Below are positions 18,690 through 27,650 of a stretch of 39,893 bases of DNA, in pieces (the first letter of the stretch is position 1; the number at the start of each line of letters is the position of its first letter). The notes beneath the pieces were generated by a model, which was given only the letters and a program-made list of their open reading frames with translations, was not told the origin of the DNA and did no database searches. Origin of the DNA: Methanothrix sp. (lineage in GTDB: Archaea; Halobacteriota; Methanosarcinia; Methanotrichales; Methanotrichaceae); contig JAXGJB010000025.1 in assembly GCA_040770465.1 (NCBI GenBank), positions 1 through 39,893 of the forward strand, read 5' to 3'. Made by a program: the position numbers and the translations under genes.

Positions 18690-21496
18690 GTCCGGGCGCG
18701 AGTTCCACAAAAACAAGGATTGAAACACGAGGCAGGTTCCCAGATACTCGACTGGAGGCTCAGTCCGGGCGCGAGTTCCACAAAAACAAGGATTGAAACG
18801 GTGGTCCAAAGAGTCCGCTGAACGGGTATCCCTCGTCCGGGCGCGAGTTCCACAAAAACAAGGATTGAAACCTCGATGTCGCCTTCTGAGCTACCACCAG
18901 CGTTGCGGTCCGGGCGCGAGTTCCACAAAAACAAGGATTGAAACAAGAGACCTGGCAGAAGCTACATTGTAGCGACGTGGTCCGGGCGCGAGTTCCACAA
19001 AAACAAGGATTGAAACATCACCAAATCGGTCGGCTGGTCAAGCTGCGAGCCGTCCGGGCGCGAGTTCCACAAAAACAAGGATTGAAACTTTGGTCCGGCT
19101 ATGATCATGGGAAACACTCCAGTGTCCGGGCGCGAGTTCCACAAAAACAAGGATTGAAACATGTCTCGGTCGTCCAAAGCATCTACCACCAAACAGTCCG
19201 GGCGCGAGTTCCACAAAAACAAGGATTGAAACAACGGGCCCCTCCTATCACAGGCCTCATTGGGGCAATGTCCGGGCGCGAGTTCCACAAAAACAAGGAT
19301 TGAAACTCATCAGCATCGATCTTGTCCCCCCGCCACTCTGCCGTCCGGGCGCGAGTTCCACAAAAACAAGGATTGAAACTTCTGTGGTCTACGCCTACAG
19401 GGTGCTCGGGTCTGGAAGTCCGGGCGCGAGTTCCACAAAAACAAGGATTGAAACCCCATGAAGGGAGCGTATGCTGACCGCGGGGTGAAGTCCGGGCGCG
19501 AGTTCCACAAAAACAAGGATTGAAACACCTACACGGCGTGCGGTGGTCTGCCTGTTCTCCAGAGTCCGGGCGCGAGTTCCACAAAAACAAGGATTGAAAC
19601 GCTACCGTCTCGCTATGGATCACGAAGCCTGTTGCGGTCCGGGCGCGAGTTCCACAAAAACAAGGATTGAAACACATCAGCTGCTGACAGGTCATTTAGC
19701 CCGGCGATCGTCCGGGCGCGAGTTCCACAAAAACAAGGATTGAAACAAATACCAGGCCTGGTCGATGTCGAGGGGAAGCTTTGGTCCGGGCGCGAGTTCC
19801 ACAAAAACAAGGATTGAAACTGTGACCCGAAGTAGAATGCGCACACCATCCCTACCGTCCGGGCGCGAGTTCCACAAAAACAAGGATTGAAACTCTGAAG
19901 TAACTCGTCCAGATCGTATCCAAGCTCGAGTCCGGGCGCGAGTTCCACAAAAACAAGGATTGAAACAATAGGTTCGCGCCCATCGGGCACCCAGTCTTCC
20001 AGGTCCGGGCGCGAGTTCCACAAAAACAAGGATTGAAACCTTGTCGGAGGTGTTGCGGAGGGCGAGAACCGATGAAGTCCGGGCGCGAGTTCCACAAAAA
20101 CAAGGATTGAAACAATAAAGTTAGGAAAATCGCAGAAGATGCAGTATGGTCCGGGCGCGAGTTCCACAAAAACAAGGATTGAAACCCCAGAAGTGCAAAC
20201 GCTCTACACTGCGTTTTGGAGTCCGGGCGCGAGTTCCACAAAAACAAGGATTGAAACTGTGATGGTGGTATCAAGTGGCATCTCTTTTGCAGGGTCCGGG
20301 CGCGAGTTCCACAAAAACAAGGATTGAAACCTGATGGGCGAAAGCTCCCTACAGCATGAGCCACAATGTCCGGGCGCGAGTTCCACAAAAACAAGGATTG
20401 AAACTCGGCAATAAAACCTCCAGCAGGCACTGCTTTGTAGGTCCGGGCGCGAGTTCCACAAAAACAAGGATTGAAACGAATTATCCCCCACGCCTCTTAA
20501 GGCGAAGCGAAACGTCCGGGCGCGAGTTCCACAAAAACAAGGATTGAAACCTCGCGGAGTCGTGGCCCCTCTGGTCCCGGTCCCGGCAGTCCGGGCGCGA
20601 GTTCCACAAAAACAAGGATTGAAACTGGTAAGGGGCAAAATAGACGAAATCGCCAGCTACGTCCGGGCGCGAGTTCCACAAAAACAAGGATTGAAACTTT
20701 TGAGGCGGGAATTTATATCGACCTGCCCATCCTGTCCGGGCGCGAGTTCCACAAAAACAAGGATTGAAACGCCCAGCATCCGGGCGTATCGCAAAGAAAG
20801 ATTTGGGTCCGGGCGCGAGTTCCACAAAAACAAGGATTGAAACTCCGAAGTTCGCTGGTGGAATATACGTTCTTGACGAGTCCGGGCGCGAGTTCCACAA
20901 AAACAAGGATTGAAACGTTCCGCTATGAGTCATAATATCCTCGCCACCTCCGTCCGGGCGCGAGTTCCACAAAAACAAGGATTGAAACCCGGAGTCTCGG
21001 TAATCCACCACCACGATCTCTTTGTCCGGGCGCGAGTTCCACAAAAACAAGGATTGAAACTCACATACGCCACGGCCCCGGCTATCTCCAGGATCTGTCC
21101 GGGCGCGAGTTCCACAAAAACAAGGATTGAAACGTTGCCTCTCTGAAAGCGAACTGGCAACGCTCCGAGTCCGGGCGCGAGTTCCACAAAAACAAGGATT
21201 GAAACCAGTTGATGCCACCTGGAATGGACACCCCTGAACTGTCCGGGCGCGAGTTCCACAAAAACAAGGATTGAAACGTATCTTTGATCAAGACACAGTC
21301 ACCGGTGGTCGGTGTCCGGGCGCGAGTTCCACAAAAACAAGGATTGAAACTAAGCTCTTAGGTGAATCTAAGGTCGTGATTGCACCGTCCGGGCGCGAGT
21401 TCCACAAAAACAAGGATTGAAACTGGTCGCCCTGGTCAGTCATGGATTCCGGGCCGAAAGTCCGGGCGCGAGTTCCACAAAAACAAGGATTGAAAC
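18690..21496 (+). CRISPR. CRISPR array: 39 copies of the 37-bp repeat GTCCGGGCGCGAGTTCCACAAAAACAAGGATTGAAAC, 38 spacers of 35-38 bp
   Basis: Counted by eye; repeats appear identical including the last; ATTGAAAC 5'-handle typical of type I-B. Confidence 0.99.
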
Positions 21497-21649
21497 TGCC
21501 CAGTCATTACATTAAAATTTAGATACCGATACCCCTTTATATGATAACCCTCTAAATTTGTTGATGGTGGCAGATCTCCCGGCCCCGGTCTGCCGAATCC
21601 TGAAACGACATCGGCAATAAAAGCAATCGCGGAAAGGAGGATGCGATAA

Positions 21650-22657
21650 ATGTCAGACATGAAGAAGCTTGCAGAAGCGAACTACCCTCTGGAACCGAAA
21701 ATAATCATCGACATGTCGGAGAGGCCGGCACACTCTTTGTTCAGCCGCCATCTGACATTTCAGAACCACGCCGGCCGGCGGAAACGCCTGAAGATCTCAT
21801 TCCGAAAGACCGGGACTCTGCGCTGGGAGAGCGATTCCTTCCCCGACGGCATCGGCGCCCTGAGGTCTCTCGCAGATACAGGCAACCGCAGCTACTGGGA
21901 CCGGATCTTCCTGGAAAACCGGGGCGGCAGCACAACTCTGCCCATCGACCGGCTCCAGATCATCATGCGCTATCAAAATCCACCGGGCATCTCCCCAAGC
22001 CACCTCAATCATGCGGAAGTTCCAATCGTCGACTGGCGGATCGGCATGAGTTTGCTCTCAGGATACGATGAGATCTGCCTGGACGAGTTTGCGAGACGTT
22101 CTCGGTACGCCTGGTCGGGGATAGAGGAGACCGATCCTGCCGTGATCCGAATGGTGGCAGAGGATCTCGGAAAAAGCGGCAGCGACGGCCAGGGACAGGA
22201 TCAGTACGGCAGCAATCCGAAATACCGAGGAGAAATAGACGAGCTGTGCAGCGAGTTCGTCTCCTGGTATTACTACGAAGCCGATATCAGGGTCAACGGC
22301 AGGAGTCTGCGCGACATAACAGCCACCCAGCAGCTCCACGATCTATTCAAGGCAGAGGGCACTTTATACCGTTACAACAGCGGGACCCGGCTGCAGGACT
22401 TCGTTCACAAAACGACAAATGAACGCTACATACCAAAGCCCGGAGACTATCTGGAGCGGCGAGGGCCGGGTGGAGCCGAGCATTCCATGATCATGTATCG
22501 CTGGCTCCCCGGCGACCCCAGCGCAACGAACGCTCACGACCGCTACAACCGCGCCATAGTCTTCAACGGCCCATGGCCCGTAACCCTGCGGTTGGTGCGT
22601 ATCCACGAGGATGAGATAAACGACGACAAAGACTTCTGGCTTGGAAAGATAGACTGA
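21650..22657 (+). CDS. Hypothetical protein with C-terminal CHAP/NlpC-P60-like Cys-His hydrolase domain
   Basis: LCSEFVSWYY...YIPKPGDYL...EHSMI matches the CHAP C..FVSW/P.PGD/H layout; AAGGAGG RBS; no signal peptide. Confidence 0.65.
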   Translation: MSDMKKLAEANYPLEPKIIIDMSERPAHSLFSRHLTFQNHAGRRKRLKISFRKTGTLRWESDSFPDGIGALRSLADTGNRSYWDRIFLENRGGSTTLPIDRLQIIMRYQNPPGISPSHLNHAEVPIVDWRIGMSLLSGYDEICLDEFARRSRYAWSGIEETDPAVIRMVAEDLGKSGSDGQGQDQYGSNPKYRGEIDELCSEFVSWYYYEADIRVNGRSLRDITATQQLHDLFKAEGTLYRYNSGTRLQDFVHKTTNERYIPKPGDYLERRGPGGAEHSMIMYRWLPGDPSATNAHDRYNRAIVFNGPWPVTLRLVRIHEDEINDDKDFWLGKID

Positions 22658-22786
22658 AGATGGCTGAGTCTTGCGGTTTCCATCTTTTCACTGCTGCGGC
22701 CAAAAAATGCATTCACGAATGCGTCCACGGACCCAAAGAAACCACCGCTCCTTCGGAGCACTGCTTTGTCGCCAATACGAAGAGCG

Positions 22787-22917
22787 CCGCCAGGGAGGGC
22801 CAGAGCCTCTCCTCGTCCCCGCAACAGGTCCACCAGGAATGAGGTGTCGAGGATCGGCATCAGATATCGTCCGCCCTCATCCTCGCGGACCTGAGCTCTC
22901 CGGATGCCCGCTCGACC
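22787..22917 (-). repeat. Direct repeat A: copy of the vapB 3' end/vapC 5' end (partner 23947-24077)
   Basis: Near-identical sequence at offset 1160. Confidence 0.9.
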
Positions 22918-23047
22918 TCGCGAAGTCGGGTTTCCGAGGCTTCATCAACGGAATCCCTTGCCTCGCCTTGGCTTGCTGTAACCACGTTCCCTTTTACACA
23001 GAAGTCGAGAGAAACATCATATACTGAAAGCACCTTAATTATTCTCC

Positions 23048-23215
23048 ATGTCCGCGCGAACCGGAACCGCCTTCAAAGAGTCAAAAAGCCCTCCTAAAAG
23101 CCTCCCCTACGATCTTGAGGAGCCCGAGGACGATGCCGAGATCACCAGGGCATTGATGCGACTCTCAGAGCGGTCGCTCTCCAAGTATGCGGATGAAGAG
23201 CCCGATATCTACTGA
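23048..23215 (+). CDS. Putative 55-aa antitoxin upstream of MazF (below ORF-track cutoff)
   Basis: MSARTG...LMRLSERSLSKYADEEPDIY; stop 4 nt before the toxin ATG; TATA-like TATACT upstream. Confidence 0.6.
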   Translation: MSARTGTAFKESKSPPKSLPYDLEEPEDDAEITRALMRLSERSLSKYADEEPDIY

Positions 23216-23219
23216 TGAA

Positions 23220-23549
23220 ATGAAAGGAAAGATCGTCGTAATCCCCTTCCCCTTTTCAGATTTGAGGGGCTCCAAGCGGAGGCCTGCCCTTGTTCTCCAC
23301 GAATACAGAGGCGATCTGGTCGTGGCTTACATCTCCTCAAAGGTGCCCGAACGCCTTTCGCCAACAGATGTTTTAGTATCCCATGAGTCTGCATCGTTCA
23401 AGCGCACCGGGTTATTGACCGACTCGGTCATAATGCTCGGAAAACCTGCGACTATTGAGAGGCAGCTCATCCTCCGCGTCCTCGGAGAGGTTGATGACGA
23501 TCTCAAAGAGGAGATCAACATCAAGCTTTCTCGATGCTACAGGCTTTGA
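23220..23549 (+). CDS. PemK/MazF-family toxin
   Basis: MKGKIVVIPFPFSDLRGSKRRPALVL...TGL..DS. Confidence 0.88.
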   Translation: MKGKIVVIPFPFSDLRGSKRRPALVLHEYRGDLVVAYISSKVPERLSPTDVLVSHESASFKRTGLLTDSVIMLGKPATIERQLILRVLGEVDDDLKEEINIKLSRCYRL

Positions 23550-23626
23550 GCTTCAGAATATGGCGGGCGAATACTGCAAGTGTCACGTATCGCGTCCGAA
23601 AGGTCCTCTTAAAAGCTCCTCCCATT

Positions 23627-24020
23627 CTACCAATCCACCACCACAAGCCCAGAAACCTCGGAGAAGTGCCCGTCCCTCGTCACGATCACCCGATCGCAGG
23701 CGAGGGCGATTGCGGCGATCACCTCGTCAAAGTCGCCGATCCTCCTCCCCTCGGACCGGAGGCGTGCCGATAGGGCTCCGAAGATGGTGCAAGCCTCGTC
23801 GTCCAGGGGGAGGACGATGAGGGCGGCTAGGAGCTTCTTTGCCGCCGCGAGGCTCTTTTCGGGATCTGCCGATAGATGGGCGCCCCGATACAGCTCAAGA
23901 GCGGTGATCGGCGTCGTGGTGAGGGCGGCGCCCCTCTCCTCCAGCTCCGCCAGGGAGGGCCAGAGCCTCTCCTCGTCCCCGCAACAGGTCCACCAGAAAC
24001 GAGGTGTCGAGGATCGGCAT
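23627..24020 (-). pseudogene. vapC: VapC (PIN) toxin with a +1 frameshift near 23955
   Basis: MPILDTSFLVD in frame 0, continuing in +1 frame as ALELYRG...IGDFDEVIAAIA...IVTRDGHF; span is 394 nt (3n+1). Confidence 0.88.
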
Positions 24021-24256
24021 CAGAGATCCGCCGCCCTCATCCTCGCGGACCTGAGCTCCTCGGAGGCCCTCTCGACCACTTCGGCCAGGTCGCCGGCGTC
24101 TTCGCCTCGGGCGATCTCGGCCAGGGTCTCGGAGAGCCGTCCCCTTTTCGGGTAGTACTTGAGGATCACCTCGGAGAAGCTCATCTTATCCGAGTCCTTG
24201 AGGCTCCTCAGCCGCTCGTAAGCGTCCTCGGTTATGCTGATAGTCTTGGTGGACAT
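24020..24256 (-). CDS. vapB: Archaeal VapB-type antitoxin (DUF217-like)
   Basis: TKTISITEDAYERLRSLK....SFSEVI; TGATG overlap with vapC. Confidence 0.87.
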   Translation of the reverse strand: MSTKTISITEDAYERLRSLKDSDKMSFSEVILKYYPKRGRLSETLAEIARGEDAGDLAEVVERASEELRSARMRAADL

Positions 24257-24305
24257 CGCATACGTCTGTGTATGTACGTGTATTTCAAAGCTCTTCTACT
24301 TCGCA

Positions 24306-24612
24306 GCCCGGTGGCGGCGCCGCCCGAGGACCGGCGCCCAGCTCCCCCCCAAGGAGGCGAGCCGGGCTTTCGATCCCTCCTCCGGTCGGCAGACCCTTCA
24401 CCAATCCCAGGCTTTGGGGGGATTGGCCAGGTGGGGCGCGACCATCTCGCAGAACTTCTCGCCAGTCATGGGCCAGGGAGCCGGAAAGGTCGGCAGCTCG
24501 GTGTATCGTGCGAAGATGCCGTCGATCGATCCCAAGACCCCTCCATAGCTCATCGACGGCCCGCCACTGACCCCCTCGTACATCCCGGCCGCGGGGGCCG
24601 CCGTTGTCAATA
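24306..24612 (-). pseudogene. Direct repeat C': 5'-truncated copy of the 25490-25747 gene plus its downstream GC-rich element (partner 25406-25704)
   Basis: GVSGGPSMSY...PAPWPMTG...PPKAWDW retained; signal peptide and start missing. Confidence 0.85.
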
Positions 24613-24715
24613 GAGCTGGCAGACCTGAAGAAATCGGCAGGCATCGTCTAAGTTCTCAAGAGTGCAGCTGGGCTTTTATGGGCAAAAACAGGCTGAAGCG
24701 GCATATCGCCGCTGG

Positions 24716-24862
24716 TCAAAGATCGCGCTCGGCTGTTCGCCTGCGGCAAAGCTCATCAAGTGTAATTCCCTTATCTTTGTTCTTGATCAGATATTCATAT
24801 TGGGAATCAACGTGCTCCGCTTCACTGTAGTCGTCTTTTTTTACGACTTTTGCGGCTTCCAT
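24716..24862 (-). CDS. 48-aa putative RelB-like antitoxin downstream of relE (below ORF-track cutoff)
   Basis: MEAAKVVKKDDYSEAEHVDSQYEYLIKNKDKGITLDELCRRRTAERDL; AAGGTGGTG RBS; GITLDEL motif. Confidence 0.5.
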   Translation of the reverse strand: MEAAKVVKKDDYSEAEHVDSQYEYLIKNKDKGITLDELCRRRTAERDL

Positions 24863-24904
24863 TCTGCACCACCACCTTTATTTTAATCGCATTCGTATAT
24901 ACTC

Positions 24905-25186
24905 TTATCTATAATCCGAGTCGCCAGATCGCATAAATGCATCGGCGATGTATATCGTTTTGTCCGATTCATCGATGAAGTACTCTAATCTTTGCTTTCC
25001 GACCCTAAGTCTGTACATTGGAGGGGATTTGAAGCCTCTTAGCTTCTTGATATCGGCATTGGGGCGCGGGTTGTAGGGGTTGCTTTTCAATTCTTCGATA
25101 TGTTCATAGATCTTATCAAATGCCCTCTGATCCAGCTTGATAAGATGCTTCTCGGCTTTTGGCAGTACGATAACCGTATAAGACAT
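24905..25186 (-). CDS. RelE/ParE-family toxin
   Basis: MSYTVIVLPKAEKHL..L...IKKLRG....YRLRVGKQR; GGAGG RBS. Confidence 0.87.
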   Translation of the reverse strand: MSYTVIVLPKAEKHLIKLDQRAFDKIYEHIEELKSNPYNPRPNADIKKLRGFKSPPMYRLRVGKQRLEYFIDESDKTIYIADAFMRSGDSDYR

Positions 25187-25489
25187 CGCCACGTCCCTCC
25201 CCTGATCTCACAGCCTCCAGCATCTCTGTTATCTGACCTTTTAAATCAAGTGTGTACATCGGCGCCTTCTCCCCGCCTCTCTGAACGCTTCGAACGTGTT
25301 CTCATCCCGCGCTAAAAGAGTCGTTGAACGTTTCGAATCCATGCTATCCCTCTCGGCTACCTCATAGCGATCCGCCTACTTCCCTACCTCGCCCGCCCCC
25401 CGGCCGCCCGGCGGTGGCGCCGCCCGAGGACCGGCGCCCAGCTCCCCGATGAGCCGGGCTTTCGATTCCGTCCTCTGGTCGGTGGTCCT

Positions 25490-25747
25490 TCACCAATCCC
25501 AGGCTTTCGGGGGATTGGACAGGTGGGCTGCGACCATCTCGCAGAAATCCTCGCCGGTCATGGGCCATGGAGCCGGAAAGGTCGGCAGCTCGGTGTATCG
25601 AGCGAAGACGCCGTCCATCGACCCCGAGACCCCGGCGTAGCTCATCGACGGACCCCCGGAGACGCCCTCGAACATCCCCGCTGCCGGGACCGCCGTCGCC
25701 AGTACCAGGAGCGCCGCCAGTAACGCCATGATTCCTGAAGTTTTCAT
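25490..25747 (-). CDS. Small secreted hypothetical protein (85 aa)
   Basis: GAGGAGGTGA RBS, signal peptide MKTSGIMALLAALLVLATAVPAAG; frame conserved in duplicate copy. Confidence 0.7.
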   Translation of the reverse strand: MKTSGIMALLAALLVLATAVPAAGMFEGVSGGPSMSYAGVSGSMDGVFARYTELPTFPAPWPMTGEDFCEMVAAHLSNPPKAWDW

Positions 25748-25929
25748 TATCTCATTCACCTCCTCAAACCTAGATATTCGCAATCTGCAATATATGATGG
25801 TCGACTTCCGTATTAATCTTTGGGATGGTGCGGCCTTTCTCGGCCAATTAGGCCGCCTCAGCATGATTATACACTTGTCCGCACGCTTTAACCACTCCGC
25901 CTTTTTGCGCAAACATCAAGACGAAGATA

Positions 25930-26128
25930 ATATACTGAAAGCCCCTCTGTCATCTTCATGCCCGCCCGGGATCGCCCTAAAAGAGGCAAAAACCCATCCC
26001 AAAGGCCTCCCCTACGATCTCGAGAAGCCCGAGGATGGGGCCGAGATCGCCAGGGCACCGATAAGCGACTATCAGAGAGGTCGCTGTCCAGGTATGCGGA
26101 TGAAGAGCCCTCCAAGACCGGGCCCTGA
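25930..26128 (+). pseudogene. Direct repeat B': degenerate copy of the MazF-associated antitoxin and its promoter (partner 23019-23203), with no toxin following
   Basis: Shared ATATACTGAAAGC, CCTCCCCTACGATCT, GTATGCGGATGAAGAGCCC; two indels. Confidence 0.82.
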
Positions 26129-26197
26129 TCAACTGAGAAATCGGAACAGACTCGAATAAAAATGATTTTGGTGGCGAGGACCTCTCGCCATCGATCG

Positions 26198-26419
26198 TCA
26201 GATGCAGGGGAGCCAGTCGACCCCGTGGCCGGGTGGATCGTAATGGTCGTGGCTGTCGTCCCCATTCCCATATCCTGGCCCGTTGCCGTCGTCAGACTGT
26301 TCGGGAGCTCCCACCCCACCGGGGCCGTTGCCCTGCGAATCGTCGCTCTTGGCCGAAATAGGCGTGGCTACAAGGGCGAAGATCACAAGAACCAAGAGCA
26401 ATATGCAACTCAGTTTCGT
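26198..26419 (-). CDS. Small secreted Gly/Asp-rich protein with an ACG in the expected start position (possible pseudogene)
   Basis: GAGGTGA RBS + 5 nt + ACG-AAA-CTG; signal peptide KLSCILLLVLVIFALVATPISA. Confidence 0.55.
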   Translation of the reverse strand, partial: TKLSCILLLVLVIFALVATPISAKSDDSQGNGPGGVGAPEQSDDGNGPGYGNGDDSHDHYDPPGHGVDWLPCI

Positions 26420-26908
26420 GTTTATCACCTCTTCAGAGGTGGTTATACCTATATTTAATTATATCTGCAATGTATTGATCTTTGACAAACCGAAAATGCG
26501 GATCTAATACTAACTTAAGGAAATAACACTTATAATTTTGTGTAAATATGTTATCCCGTATATCGCCGAATCTACATGACTATACTCTCGGGCTCCATTG
26601 GTGGTCCACAATTCGATGAGATCTCTGACGGAATGATGAATGTGATCGAATGCGAACCTTCGGATGAGGCGGTCGTCTGAGGCGGTCGTCTGAGGAGGGC
26701 CACTATCATCTCGCCGATCGAGGCTTCGCGGTGGGCCATAGGGCTTTGTCCGAGCCTTACGCCGGTGACGGAGCGGAAAGCAAGATCGCCCAAAAATAGC
26801 ATGTTGATGGGAGGCGGCGAGGTGGGGGTGGGGAGGTGGCATTCGCTCAAAAGCCGGGCTGATGGCCCTGGCAAAATAAGGGCCTGAGAAGATCCGCGCC
26901 CAAACGGC

Positions 26909-27274
26909 TCAGCCGAACATCCTCTGGGCGCTGGCGTTCATCCCGGCCCTCTCCTGCCCCTCCACCCAGGAGGAGGCGAGGATGGCAAGGCCCAGGAGAA
27001 ACTCGCAGAGGTAGACCTTCAGCCTCTCTGGGTCCTTGATATTCCTGGTCCTATCCTGGAAGATGGCCATCGCCTCCCTCTCGTCCCTCGCTCTCGGCCA
27101 GATATCCTCCACGTCCTGCCGGGCCTTAAGAACCGCTAGCTCCCTGTCCACAACGCTCAGCCCCGTGGCGTCGGGGATCCACCGAAAGGCCAGCGCCAGC
27201 CCCTCGGGGGTGATGTCATGCTTAAAATTCTGGTACATAGGATCGGCCTTCAGAGTCATCTTAACGTTCTGCAT
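26909..27274 (-). CDS. Hypothetical protein
   Basis: AGGAGG RBS, host-like codon usage, 121 aa. Confidence 0.65.
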   Translation of the reverse strand: MQNVKMTLKADPMYQNFKHDITPEGLALAFRWIPDATGLSVVDRELAVLKARQDVEDIWPRARDEREAMAIFQDRTRNIKDPERLKVYLCEFLLGLAILASSWVEGQERAGMNASAQRMFG

Positions 27275-27650
27275 TTCTGGTCCCTCCTATTATTTTTCAC
27301 CATCTTCTCAGCCCTCTCCTCTCGTTTGTTCTTCTCAAAAATCCGTCTAGACCATATATTCAGGCCCTTCTCTTTTATAAGGATTATCCATGATGCACCA
27401 AAATTATTCATCATGTACATTCGGCGCTCTCTCAAGTTGAAATTCCATTCTGCGATCCCAGGCCCCGATTTCGAGAGAATCCACCAGTATCGGGAAAAAA
27501 TGAACCGCAGACGGCCCCAAGATATCCACGCCGGAGCATCGCGAAAACCGACCGAAGAGATGCAGGGAAGGCGAACGGCCGACGGGTGGGCGCGACAGAC
27601 CGCCGTTCAGGATCGAAGGGTTCGGGACCAGGTGTTTCGGGAGAAGGTTT

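Noticed and set aside
20771-20806. Spacer 29 contains TCCGGGCG and loosely resembles the repeat
   Set aside because: Only 8 nt exact; insufficient evidence
20989-21023. 13-nt match of spacer 32 to the vapC 3' end (AATCCACCACCAC) and 12-nt match of spacer 9 to hicA
   Set aside because: Internal, non-seed, non-extending hits; a few are expected by chance in 40 kb
18603-21660. Many ORFs with repeated FQSLFLWNSRPD / VRARVPQKQGLK peptides
   Set aside because: Translations of CRISPR repeats
22543-22860. 105-aa ORF starting like VapC
   Set aside because: Only ~24 codons are VapC-derived (repeat A); the rest is antisense read-through
26510-26874. Short ORFs in several frames, and the 27218-27661 ORF
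   Set aside because: No motifs or clear RBS; probably decayed or non-coding
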